Assembly: GCA_046754465.1 (NCBI GenBank)
Contig: JBHHVU010000022.1
Location: forward strand, 1-47,087
Source: Nitrospinaceae bacterium
Lineage (GTDB): Bacteria; Nitrospinota; Nitrospinia; Nitrospinales; VA-1
DNA length: 47,087 nt
Direction of reading: 5' to 3'
In this document: one piece after another, positions 29,482-38,343 of the stretch
Numbering within the stretch: the first letter of the stretch is position 1
How the letters are laid out: each line of letters begins with the position of its first letter
Translations under genes and position numbers: made by a program
Notes under the pieces: model-generated
The model's database searches: none
What the model saw: the letters and a program-made list of their open reading frames with translations, nothing else
Told to the model about the DNA's origin: nothing

Positions 29482-30366
29482 ATGTATGACCTTCCAAATT
29501 ACCGCCATCTTTATTATTTCTGGACGATTGCCCGAGAAGGATCGATAAAAAAGGCAGGCGATAAATTAAATTTAACGCCTTCGGGGTTGAGCGAGCAATT
29601 AAGGTTGCTTGAAGAGTATTTTGGGAAAAGACTGTTTGAAAGAAAAACGCGGAAGCTTGTATTGAATGATGCTGGGAAGATGCTGTTCGAAAACTGCACA
29701 AAAATTTTCCATCAAACTGAAGAAATGACTCTTGCCATCAAACAGAAGGTTCCAAATAAAAAGTTTCGCCTAAGAGTTGGAGTGTTGCCCTCACTTTCGT
29801 CCTCAAATATCCACGAATTTGTTATGCCCTTATTTAAGGACAAAAATGTATCGGTCGTGGTGATAGAGGGGCCGTTGGATGAATTAGTTTATCAATTGGA
29901 TAATCATGAACTGGAAATTGTTCTTAGCGACCGGGAGGTAGAAAAAAAATACAAGAAACTTAGAAGTTATCGATTGATGCCCCAGAAAATTGTTGTCGTC
30001 GCAAAAGATAAATTTTCCCATTTGAAAAAAAATTTTCCATATTCCTTGACTGGTGCCCCAATACTTCATTTGACTCGGCACAGTCAAATTCGAGATGAAA
30101 TTGACAGGTACTTTTTCAAGCATAAAATCAATCCTCAAATTATTGGAGAGGCGGATGATGTGGCCCTGCTCCGACTCGGAGCCGAAAAAGGAATATGTGT
30201 GGCTGTATTGCCGCATAACACGGTCAACCAAGCATTGTCCCAGGGAAGGTTGATAAAACTCGGAGAGCTTAAGGGGGTGAACTCGGATATGTGGGCGATG
30301 GCCCGGGCCGATTCGGCCCGGATGGGAATCATCAATAAAACAATTAACAAGTTTATTTCGAAGTAA
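29482..30366 (+). CDS. LysR-family transcriptional regulator, NhaR-like
   Basis: N-terminal NYRHLYYFW..AREGS HTH and C-terminal IGEADDVALL resemble NhaR (NYNHLYYFW / GEFDDAALM). Confidence 0.85.
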   Translation: MYDLPNYRHLYYFWTIAREGSIKKAGDKLNLTPSGLSEQLRLLEEYFGKRLFERKTRKLVLNDAGKMLFENCTKIFHQTEEMTLAIKQKVPNKKFRLRVGVLPSLSSSNIHEFVMPLFKDKNVSVVVIEGPLDELVYQLDNHELEIVLSDREVEKKYKKLRSYRLMPQKIVVVAKDKFSHLKKNFPYSLTGAPILHLTRHSQIRDEIDRYFFKHKINPQIIGEADDVALLRLGAEKGICVAVLPHNTVNQALSQGRLIKLGELKGVNSDMWAMARADSARMGIINKTINKFISK

Positions 30367-30429
30367 TGGACCCTATTAACCTATTAATTACAAACCCAGA
30401 AAACAGGTAAAATTTAATGGGGCAACCCG

Positions 30430-30453
30430 ACTGTAGCCAAAACTGTAGCCAAA
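30430..30453 (+). repeat. tandem direct repeat ACTGTAGCCAAA x2 (right arm-type site candidate)
   Basis: Read directly from the sequence; 12-bp period; inverted copy GGCTACA at 30585-30591. Confidence 0.85.
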
Positions 30454-30751
30454 ATTTTCAGAAAATAGGGGAAAATATCGGAAAATTCGGGAAAGTGACT
30501 TTTTGGGAAGTAAAAGTGATAGTGGCCAAAGAGACGCCGAAACGTAGAGTTTATAATGGTTTAAAAATAGTCCAAAAATTGTTCGGCTACATTAGGTGAA
30601 AACTGCCAACTAAAATGGCATTATTGGAGGCCGGAAAAATGGCGGATTTTTCCTGGCCCAATTTGTTGAATTCAGATTATAGCAGAGGGAATCTTCTCAA
30701 TTTAGGATTTAGGTTCCCTTATTCCTCCTATCGGATTCCAAGCAGGGAACC

Positions 30752-31651
30752 ATGATCCAGTCACCCACCAGGGAACAGATTGACTTCCTAGTCCAACAGG
30801 GTCTGAAGGAGGACCTGGGACCGGGGGATGTCACGACAGGGGGAATTTTGCGGAGCAATCCCGTTTCCGAAGCGGAAGTGACCGCCAAGGAACCCTTGGT
30901 GCTATGCGGGGTGGAGATTTTCAAAAGGGTGTTCACTGTTTTGGATTCATCCGCCGCCTTTCCTGGCCAGGGTTACCGGGACGGTCAGCAGGTGCCCCGG
31001 GGGGAAACCATTTTGCGGGTGAAAGCCCGGTGCCGGGCTTTGCTCGAGGGCGAAAGAACGGCTCTCAATATTCTCCAGCGGTTGAGCGGTATCTCCACCC
31101 TGACCCGGCAATATGTCGAGAAAGCCGGGCCCGTGACGGTCCTGGACACCCGCAAGACCACTCCGGGTTTGCGGGTTTTTGAAAAATACGCCGTCCGATG
31201 CGGCGGGGGGAACAATCACCGATTCGGTTTGTTCGACGCGGTTTTGATCAAGGACAACCACATCAAGGCCGCTGGGGGAATCCGCAACGCGGTGGACCGG
31301 GTCCGGAAAAATTCACCCGAAATAAAAACCGTGGAGGTCGAAACCACCCATTTGGACGAAGTGGATGAGGCGTTGGCCGCCGGAGCCGATGTGATCCTGT
31401 TGGATAATATGCCGCTGGAAACGATTCGCCGGGCGGTCGAACGGGTGGGAGGTAAAGCCCGGATCGAGGTGTCCGGATCGGTGTCCCTGGAGCGTTTGGG
31501 GGAATTGGCGTCCACGGGAATCGATTTCGTGTCCGTGGGAGCGCTCACGCATTCGGCCCGGGCCGTGGACATCACCATGAATATTCTCGAAAAGAAACCG
31601 GAAAAAAACGCCGGATTCCCGGATAATCAAGAGGAGCGGGGAAAGGAGTGA
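30752..31651 (+). CDS. nadC: quinolinate phosphoribosyltransferase
   Basis: EDLGPGDVTT, ERTALN, DTRKTTPG, NHRFGL, IKDNH, LLDN. Confidence 0.97.
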   Translation: MIQSPTREQIDFLVQQGLKEDLGPGDVTTGGILRSNPVSEAEVTAKEPLVLCGVEIFKRVFTVLDSSAAFPGQGYRDGQQVPRGETILRVKARCRALLEGERTALNILQRLSGISTLTRQYVEKAGPVTVLDTRKTTPGLRVFEKYAVRCGGGNNHRFGLFDAVLIKDNHIKAAGGIRNAVDRVRKNSPEIKTVEVETTHLDEVDEALAAGADVILLDNMPLETIRRAVERVGGKARIEVSGSVSLERLGELASTGIDFVSVGALTHSARAVDITMNILEKKPEKNAGFPDNQEERGKE

Positions 31652-31693
31652 TATAATAAGATCCAAGTTCATTTCCTCCTTCCAGGTGACCTC

Positions 31694-32125
31694 ATGCCCT
31701 GTAAAGAACCCTCTTCCAAGGTAACAGTCAAGCTCGATCTTGATGAACGGCTGATCGATTTCGATTTTTCGAAAATCACCTGCCATAAGGAAATCGGGGG
31801 GGGAACCGGTTTTAAAGAATATTGCCTGGGGAGGGGCGGGGAAGAAATCTCCGCCCTGGATTTCAATGATCTGGTTCAGACGCTGGGCCTGGACGATCCG
31901 GAAGATCAGTTTTTTTTATACCTGGAGTGGGAGGCCTTGAAAACCGCACTGGCCCAGTTTTATGGCAAGAGCGAGAAAGTGGACCTGGAAAGGTATCGGC
32001 TGGCCTCCATTTCCATTGAAGAGGATCAAATCCTGATTCGCCAAGTTATCCAGCCCGCAAAGGAAATGCCCAAGATCATACCTTGCCGTAAACGGTCCGC
32101 CGTTTCCCCCGATCAATCGGGATAG
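31694..32125 (+). CDS. hypothetical Cys-containing protein
   Basis: 143 aa, RBS AGGTGA before ATG, co-directional with nadC. Confidence 0.7.
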   Translation: MPCKEPSSKVTVKLDLDERLIDFDFSKITCHKEIGGGTGFKEYCLGRGGEEISALDFNDLVQTLGLDDPEDQFFLYLEWEALKTALAQFYGKSEKVDLERYRLASISIEEDQILIRQVIQPAKEMPKIIPCRKRSAVSPDQSG

Positions 32126-32535
32126 AGACGGACCGGCCGGATATAACCCTGGGAGAAATCCTGGTCGAATCCTTGGGCAATTCCACTCGAATAATTATAA
32201 TAAAACGCCGCCTGCTGATCAAAAGGAAGGCACCAGGACCCCGTTCCCCCGCCCGGCGCGAATACGGGGTCGAGATGGATTTCCTGATTGGACCGGGCCA
32301 TGATGGTATTTTCCGGAACAAACAGTTTTTCTATTTCCTCCCTTTCGGGAATCCGCCAGTCGTGGAATCCCAGATAATCCTTCTTGTTCATTTCATCCAC
32401 GAACGCCAGGGCCTCCTGAAACGTCAACCAGTCCTGGGCGATGGTCCATGAATCTTCCCGCGCCCACACCAGGCCGGTTTCGTTGTCCGTGATCATCCCA
32501 TTCCCATTGTCGACAAATCTTGTTGCTTTATTCAT
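32113..32535 (-). CDS. DUF1566 (Lcl C-terminal domain) protein
   Basis: RFVDNGNG.ITD.ETGLVW, GFHDWRIP...E, .RPVR. Confidence 0.88.
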   Translation of the reverse strand: MNKATRFVDNGNGMITDNETGLVWAREDSWTIAQDWLTFQEALAFVDEMNKKDYLGFHDWRIPEREEIEKLFVPENTIMARSNQEIHLDPVFAPGGGTGSWCLPFDQQAAFYYNYSSGIAQGFDQDFSQGYIRPVRLYPD

Positions 32536-32703
32536 GATTGATTTTTCTTTCTGAGATCATCCCATGATTCTTCCCCGGCAACCTTGAAAATTTCTAAAAT
32601 TTGGCAGGGACTATTTTTAAAAAAAATGTTAACTTATGGCGTTTTATTTGTGAAGTTCCAATTATATTAAAAATACACGATTAAAACGAAAAAAAATAAG
32701 AGC

Positions 32704-33324
32704 ATGAAAACCCTCCTGGCCGTAGTCACAAGCGCGTTATTCTTTTTCGGGATCCCCAACTATAACCCTGCATCGCCGGTCCTGGCGCAAGCGAATCTGT
32801 TCTCCTGGCAGGCATTCCTTGCCGATTCCGTTACCGGAGACGCGGGGGAGGCCGCATGCGGTGAGAAAATGCGGCCCCCGAAATATTATGAGGATGTCTC
32901 CCTGTATTCCCTCATTGCCGGGTTCGCCCTGTTGTTTCTGGGTATTTTCCTGGATAAAAAATTATTGAAGGTGGGGAGTTTCGTGCTGGCCCTCCTGCCG
33001 TTCCTGGCCTGGGGGTATGTGAATTACTTCGTGGATTACGACCAGCTGAAGCGAATAACCTTCAATTACAACGCAGCCGCTGAAAACACCCTGGCCAACA
33101 TCGCCGAGGCCCAGGACCGATATAAATCCGAACACGATACCTTCCTCAAGGACCTGGTCAAACTCGATTCGCATACCGCGGGAGCGCATGGGACGGATCC
33201 CTGTGTCAAAATCCTTAAAATCGAGGCCACCTGGAATCATTGGTCCGCCCAGGCCAAACACGTTTCCAGTCCGGATATCGTTACGTGGGACAGCGAAAGG
33301 GGCAGTTCCCTCAAAAAAGGGTGA
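32704..33324 (+). CDS. hypothetical membrane protein with pilin-like C-terminal domain
   Basis: Signal/TM segments followed by AAENTLANIAEAQDRYKSEHDTF, which resembles the pilin alpha1-C helix. Confidence 0.7.
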   Translation: MKTLLAVVTSALFFFGIPNYNPASPVLAQANLFSWQAFLADSVTGDAGEAACGEKMRPPKYYEDVSLYSLIAGFALLFLGIFLDKKLLKVGSFVLALLPFLAWGYVNYFVDYDQLKRITFNYNAAAENTLANIAEAQDRYKSEHDTFLKDLVKLDSHTAGAHGTDPCVKILKIEATWNHWSAQAKHVSSPDIVTWDSERGSSLKKG

Positions 33325-33599
33325 TTGAAAATCCTCCCTGGAAACGTCAATCCCTTGGTGAATTGGTTGCTGGTTTGTGAACAGGTTATTACCGAATTTC
33401 CTTGAAAAAACCACCCGTTAAATCCCAGAATCGCGAAAATAAATCGTGCTCTTCGCCCGGGAGTGAAGGGCCGTGGGCCGGAACGGAAAATTACCGGATG
33501 CACCGCGAGTTCCTGGGGGAACGCGGCTTTTTTATTGGACGGTTTCCGCATTGTTGTTAAACTAGCAGGTAAGAAGGAACCCTCATTCCCAAAGGCAAT

Positions 33600-33989
33600 A
33601 TGTCGGATTTACCCATTCAGGCTAAAATCCTGGTCGTTGACGACGAGCAAAAGGCGCAAACCAATCTGAAACGTTTTCTTGAAAACAAGAATTTTGAAGT
33701 CAATATAGCCTACAATGGGAATGAGGCCCTGGAAAGGTTGGAGGATTTCAAACCCCAATGCATCCTCCTGGATATTCGGATGCCCTACCTCAACGGGATC
33801 GATACCTTGAAAATGATCAAGGACCGCCAGCCTTCGGTGGAGGTGATCATGGTAACCGGCGTCACCAACTTGAAAATCGCGGAAGGATGCCTTCGGGACG
33901 GTGCATTCGCGGTGATCGAAAAACCGGTCAATTTTGAATATCTTTACCGGAAAATCCTGCAGGCGCTTCAGCCTGGCAACAAAGCTTAA
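33600..33989 (+). CDS. stand-alone response regulator receiver (CheY-like)
   Basis: ILVVDDE, LLDIRMP..NG, VTG, KP. Confidence 0.92.
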   Translation: MSDLPIQAKILVVDDEQKAQTNLKRFLENKNFEVNIAYNGNEALERLEDFKPQCILLDIRMPYLNGIDTLKMIKDRQPSVEVIMVTGVTNLKIAEGCLRDGAFAVIEKPVNFEYLYRKILQALQPGNKA

Positions 33990-34069
33990 CACCAAAAGCA
34001 GCCGTCAAAAATAAACCCTCCCCTGCAATCCCGCCCCGAGGGTATTTCCCTCAAAAACCCGCAAGAGAT

Positions 34070-34462
34070 TCAATCGAGATCCCAATTGTGGACGATTCCA
34101 TTCAAGGAAACCAGGCCGATCACGCGATTATCTTCCAGGACCATGGCGTGGGACACTTTAAAGTTGGCCAGATGTCTCGCGGCGTAAGGGATGGGCATGT
34201 TCGAGGGAATGGAAAGGACGGGTTTGGACATGATTTCGTAAACGTGGGCTTCATGAAGTTTTCTTCGGGCGGCGATGACTTTACGGGCGATATCCCTTAG
34301 GGTCAGGATGCCAAAGACATCCGCCTCCGAGCGGGGTTGGATGAGAACGGCGTTGATATTTTCATGTTTCATCATTTTGAGGGCTTCGGATACCTTGGTG
34401 ACCCCATCGATTTTCTTGAAGTTGGGCATCATCACGTCCCGTACCATTTTGTATTCGGCCAT
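34070..34462 (-). CDS. CBS-pair protein
   Basis: VRDVM, GILTLRDI, VYEIMSKP, GLVS; ATG 34462 (the track's upstream extension overlaps the PII gene). Confidence 0.9.
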   Translation of the reverse strand: MAEYKMVRDVMMPNFKKIDGVTKVSEALKMMKHENINAVLIQPRSEADVFGILTLRDIARKVIAARRKLHEAHVYEIMSKPVLSIPSNMPIPYAARHLANFKVSHAMVLEDNRVIGLVSLNGIVHNWDLD

Positions 34463-34487
34463 CCGGAAATTCCTCGAAATAATATTC

Positions 34488-34835
34488 TCAAAAATAATTT
34501 TTCTTGGCGTCCTTTTCCAGGATGGGAAGCTGACTTTCCAGTCCGATGGCCCGGTCCACCGTCCATGAAAAGGCAATTCCATTGCCATGTTCATCCAGGT
34601 GGCCCGCCTGGTAAATGGCCTCCATGATTTCATCCGAAATGATATCTTCCACCAGAAAAAGCAACATGTCCTTTTGGGCTTCCATCGTGAGTCCGAAGAA
34701 GGACTTTTGTTCGTGGATTCCTTCACCGCGGGCGTTTAAAATCGTCACTCCTGTGGCGCCCATTTTTTTCGCGGCTTCGATGACATTATCCTGAAAATCG
34801 TCGTTAACCAGTGCCAGTATGACTTTAAAGCGCAT
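34488..34835 (-). CDS. PII-like signal transduction protein
   Basis: GATGVT...RGEG T-loop, GNGIAF B-loop, V..AIGL; RBS AAGGA. Confidence 0.88.
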   Translation of the reverse strand: MRFKVILALVNDDFQDNVIEAAKKMGATGVTILNARGEGIHEQKSFFGLTMEAQKDMLLFLVEDIISDEIMEAIYQAGHLDEHGNGIAFSWTVDRAIGLESQLPILEKDAKKNYF

Positions 34836-34851
34836 GTCCTATCCTTGAAAA

Positions 34852-35667
34852 TTAATAATTGGAATGGAGGTTTTTTCTTTTTGCCCGCATTTCGCCGATC
34901 ATAGCATACGCCATGACGGTGATCATAGGGAAAAGGGACGCAAAGGCGATGAGACCGAAGCCGTCCAGAAGAGGGGACCGGCCCGGGACGTGAGAGGCCA
35001 AACCGATCCCCAGCGCCGTTAAAAGAGGTACTGTGACCGTGGAGGTGGTGACCCCACCTGAGTCGAATGCGAGGGGGATGATGATCTTCGGAGCAAAAAG
35101 GGTTTGGATCAAAAGGAACATGTAACCGGCGGTGAGAAAAAGATAGAGCGGCGTCCCCGTGATAATCCGGTAGCATCCCAAGGCCGTTCCCAATCCGACC
35201 CCCAAGGCCACGGCGATGCGCAAACCCCATTCGGAAACAGCTCCGGTGAATAGCTCCCGGGCTCTTCCGGCAATGACAATCAGCGCGGGTTCCGCCAGGG
35301 TGGTGGCAAAACCGATCATGAACGCGAAAGCGTAAGTCCATAAATAAAGGGACGGATTGTTGGAGCCAAATTTCCCGATTTCACCCAAGTTCGATTGTGT
35401 CCCCTTCGAAAGGAACGCAATGTCGGTTAATTGCCTTGCCATCCGCGTTCCAATGGGGAAAACACATTGTTCCAGCCCGATAATGAATATCGCCAACCCA
35501 ACAATCACAAGAAGAAATCCACGGAAAATTCGCTTTAGATGGCCAATTCTTTTCCGCAGAGCCATTCCCCAGAATAGGGCCAGGACCAAAACGATAGAAA
35601 AGATATCGAAAAGAGAATTTTTGAGGGCGGGAAGAATCAAACTGGTCACACTGGGGTAGTCCAACAT
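34852..35667 (-). CDS. DUF1538 family membrane protein
   Basis: FP.G, TLAEPAL, LAFDSGGVTTSTVTVP, DGFGLIAFASL.P. Confidence 0.9.
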   Translation of the reverse strand: MLDYPSVTSLILPALKNSLFDIFSIVLVLALFWGMALRKRIGHLKRIFRGFLLVIVGLAIFIIGLEQCVFPIGTRMARQLTDIAFLSKGTQSNLGEIGKFGSNNPSLYLWTYAFAFMIGFATTLAEPALIVIAGRARELFTGAVSEWGLRIAVALGVGLGTALGCYRIITGTPLYLFLTAGYMFLLIQTLFAPKIIIPLAFDSGGVTTSTVTVPLLTALGIGLASHVPGRSPLLDGFGLIAFASLFPMITVMAYAMIGEMRAKRKNLHSNY

Positions 35668-36410
35668 CAGCCGGTTCCAAAAATAATGATTCCATAAAGC
35701 ATGACGAAAAAAATCGGGGACAGGCTGGCCAAGGCGATCATGCCGAATCCATCCATTGCTGGATTGCGTCCTCGAAGGGAGGTGGCAAGCCCCACACCCA
35801 GGGCCATGATCAGGGGCACGGTGATGGTGGAAGTGGTTATGCCCCCCGAATCATAGGCGATTCCTATGATAGGTTGGGGTGCATAATTGGTGGCCAAAAT
35901 GATCAGACTGTACCCGGCAAGGATAAACCAGGCCAGGGGCCATCCCTTGATGATACGGATAACTCCCAGGGCAATGGCCAGTCCCACCGAAATGGCTATG
36001 GTCACGCGGAGGCCCATGACAAAGGATGAAATCCGCTCCTCCTGGCGGGGGATGGCTCCCTCCGCGGCAACCAAATTTCCGGCCTTACTGGCAATGACCG
36101 TAAGTGCGGGCTCCGCGATGGTTGTGGAGTATCCCAGGGCAAAACCAAAGAGAATGATCCACCAGATATTGCCCTTGCGTGCAAATTGAAACGCCATGTT
36201 CTCTCCCAGGGGAATCAGGGCCGTTTCCAGTCCCCAGACAAACATAAAAAGTCCGAAAACCACAAGGCCGATCCCAAGAACCGTTTGCCCCAGGTTGGGA
36301 AAAGGTTTTTGAATGATAAAAACCTGGAAAAAAGCGATGACCGCTATGATGGGTACGACGTCCAACAAGGCGGAAAACAGTTTTTGGGCCAGAGGTTTGG
36401 GAAGGATCAC
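35667..36410 (-). CDS. DUF1538 family membrane protein
   Basis: TIAEPAL, IAYDSGGITTSTITVP, DGFGMIALASL; TGATG overlap with the next gene. Confidence 0.9.
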   Translation of the reverse strand: MILPKPLAQKLFSALLDVVPIIAVIAFFQVFIIQKPFPNLGQTVLGIGLVVFGLFMFVWGLETALIPLGENMAFQFARKGNIWWIILFGFALGYSTTIAEPALTVIASKAGNLVAAEGAIPRQEERISSFVMGLRVTIAISVGLAIALGVIRIIKGWPLAWFILAGYSLIILATNYAPQPIIGIAYDSGGITTSTITVPLIMALGVGLATSLRGRNPAMDGFGMIALASLSPIFFVMLYGIIIFGTG

Positions 36411-36604
36411 TGAAAAATCCGATCAATGTTGCTCTAGGGATGGAATTTCCCCGCCGGGTCCGTCTGGATAAGGATTCAAAGCTGGGTTGAACCTGAATGT
36501 ACGATTGGGTGGGGCGGGATCGGCCCAAATTCAAGATGCGGAACAAGCTCGCCTCAAAAATTTCACTTGGGGAAATTTCCCCCACGGGGAATCCCCGGAT
36601 GCGA

Positions 36605-36895
36605 TTATTGCTTATTCATCGTTTCGGAAACCGCGTCTGGGTGATGCCGTGCATTGTCAGACTGGGAGGACTCGGACAATTCGGGTACGGCCTTCAATTC
36701 GGCGGGGATCCCCTTCGCCTGGCGTGATATTTCGGTGACTGAAATTTTATCGTCCCTCGGGTCATTCATGGATCTTTTGAAATTGCGGATGCTTTTCCCA
36801 AAAGTGCTGCCTATGTCTGGAATCTTCCGTGCTCCAAACAGGATCATGATAATGACCAGAACAATTAAAAGTTCCGGGAATCCGATTCCACCCAT
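36605..36895 (-). CDS. tatA: twin-arginine translocase TatA/TatE subunit
   Basis: GIGFPELLIVL..LFGARKIP..G..FGKSIRNFK. Confidence 0.9.
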   Translation of the reverse strand: MGGIGFPELLIVLVIIMILFGARKIPDIGSTFGKSIRNFKRSMNDPRDDKISVTEISRQAKGIPAELKAVPELSESSQSDNARHHPDAVSETMNKQ

Positions 36896-36983
36896 GATGA
36901 GAATGCCTCAAAAAATAATCCCTTTTATTTTTGGAAAAGTATACCGAAATAACCCCTGAAATCCAAATATATTGGCGCTTCGA

Positions 36984-37011
36984 TTGACAAGCGAGACAGG
37001 GGCAATACAAT
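36984..37011 (+). promoter_or_regulatory. sigma70-type promoter of the short LRR gene
   Basis: TTGACA-16 bp-TACAAT. Confidence 0.55.
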
Positions 37012-37055
37012 GAGAGGAACCCCTTCGGACCCAAAGGATGTGAGGAGCTAGATTC

Positions 37056-37583
37056 ATGAACCATGAAGAATTGGACCATGAAGAATTGAACCAGGAAGCG
37101 ATTCTCGATTTATTTTATGCCAACAAAGGCAACCTCGATAAAATCAACGCCATCCTAGACGCTCGGTTGCAGAACACACGCACCCGTAAAATTACCTTGT
37201 TTGAAAAATATATCCAGGCCCGGCTGCAACTCAATTCCAAGGTGCTCAAGATGGTGAATTTGGATGTTTCCCCTCTTGAGGTGCTGTATCTAACCCAATA
37301 TCCCGGACTCAGGGATCTTGAAATTCTGGATTTGAGAAAAAACGGATTTGGGGACGAGGGACTGGATGCGATCGCCCATGCACCCATGCTGAAGAATTTG
37401 CGGGAACTGGATTTGAGAAATAATCTGATCACCCGCCGGGGAGTGGTGTCTTTTTCCCAATCCAAAACATTGAGGGAGTTGGAAAAATTGGATTTGCGGT
37501 GCAACAAACTGGGAAAAAGCTGGGAGCAAAAACTCAAGGATTCAGGGAATTTCCCCAAACTGATGGATTTGAAAACCGCATGA
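37056..37583 (+). CDS. short leucine-rich repeat protein
   Basis: LEILDLRKNGFGDEG, LRELDLRNN, LEKLDLRCN; RBS GAGGAG; N-terminal 15-bp tandem repeat (HEELD/HEELN). Confidence 0.88.
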   Translation: MNHEELDHEELNQEAILDLFYANKGNLDKINAILDARLQNTRTRKITLFEKYIQARLQLNSKVLKMVNLDVSPLEVLYLTQYPGLRDLEILDLRKNGFGDEGLDAIAHAPMLKNLRELDLRNNLITRRGVVSFSQSKTLRELEKLDLRCNKLGKSWEQKLKDSGNFPKLMDLKTA

Positions 37584-37613
37584 CGTCCGCTTAAAAAGGG
37601 CGGGGGGCCCCGC

Positions 37614-37925
37614 TCAGATGATCAGGCGATTTTTATTTTCCCGAATCTTCTGAACCATTTTGTCGGCGATTTCATCCGCCTTGACTTGGTAAGAACCTTT
37701 TTCCAAAAAGTCCCGAAACTTGCTGACCAATTCTTTGCGAACCTCGCTGGTATGGGCCAGCTTGGGTTTTTGTGATGCCTGCACTTTCGAGGTTTGAGAT
37801 AAAGTGACCCGGTCCACCATTTCCCCGGGTTGTTTTTGTGACGGAAGGTTTGGCCTTATCTTACCGGGAGATTTGTTAACAGCATTTCTCCTCCCCACCT
37901 TCCCTGTCGGGTCCAGTTCTGTCAT
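37614..37925 (-). CDS. flgM: anti-sigma28 factor FlgM
   Basis: D.V.LS and VR.ELV......L..G.Y.V.A..IADKM C-terminal motif. Confidence 0.8.
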   Translation of the reverse strand: MTELDPTGKVGRRNAVNKSPGKIRPNLPSQKQPGEMVDRVTLSQTSKVQASQKPKLAHTSEVRKELVSKFRDFLEKGSYQVKADEIADKMVQKIRENKNRLII

Positions 37926-38185
37926 ATCGGTTGGGAACTATAAGGTGAATTCGGTAATTCCTTCACCGGAAAATATAAGGTTCCCTCGAGGATTCCGGAT
38001 GCGAAACGATCCTCTAAATAAAAACGCAGGAAATGAAGGGATGGTTTGGAAAAAGGTGTGAAAGAAAAATTCTGCCCGGGAAGCCTTCCCATCCGCGCCC
38101 CCGGTTTGGACCGTGAATGCAGGTGCCGGAAAGAAACCGGGTCTGCCCCAGGGAAAAGGGGGTATTTGATCCTCGGATGCTCCAC
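37922..38185 (-). CDS. candidate small protein translationally coupled to flgM
   Basis: AAGGAGG 9 nt before GTG 38185; its TGA overlaps the flgM ATG (ATGA); no recognisable domain. Confidence 0.4.
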   Translation of the reverse strand: MEHPRIKYPLFPGADPVSFRHLHSRSKPGARMGRLPGQNFSFTPFSKPSLHFLRFYLEDRFASGILEGTLYFPVKELPNSPYSSQPI

Positions 38186-38316
38186 GTTCCATTTCCTCCT
38201 TGAAATTGAAATAGGGAAAAGCGTCGTACCGCTTCCATCCCCGTTGCCATGTGGATTTTAAACCAATTATTTTTCAGAGCTTTCTATAGGCCCTCCTAGA
38301 TTGGCCCATGTTTAAA

Positions 38317-38343
38317 TTTTCGGTCTAATTCCGTTTTACTTGA
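38317..38343 (-). promoter_or_regulatory. sigma28 (FliA)-like promoter
   Basis: Minus strand TCAAGTAA-N11-ACCGAAAA versus consensus TAAAGTTT-N11-GCCGATAA; upstream of flgM. Confidence 0.45.

Larger units (their letters stand above)
22241..30591. mobile_element. putative integrase-less genomic islet carrying the ectoine synthesis/uptake locus
   Basis: Visibly AT-richer than the flanks; tandem TGTAGCCAAA repeats at both ends; no recombinase or transposase inside; exact boundaries unresolved. Confidence 0.55.

Noticed and set aside
22241..30453. TGTAGCCAAA repeats as a CRISPR array or IS terminal inverted repeats
   Set aside because: Only two short tandem copies per end with no spacers, direct rather than inverted orientation, and no cas or transposase genes.
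34463..34726. N-terminal extension of the CBS ORF in the track
   Set aside because: Overlaps the PII gene in another frame; ATG 34462 gives a clean CBS pair.
36425..36475. Minus-strand CTTATCCAGA...AGCAAC resembling a SAM-I riboswitch upstream of DUF1538
   Set aside because: Lacks the GAGGGA/GGCCC kink-turn and pseudoknot, the GGTGC.AA element and P1 closure.
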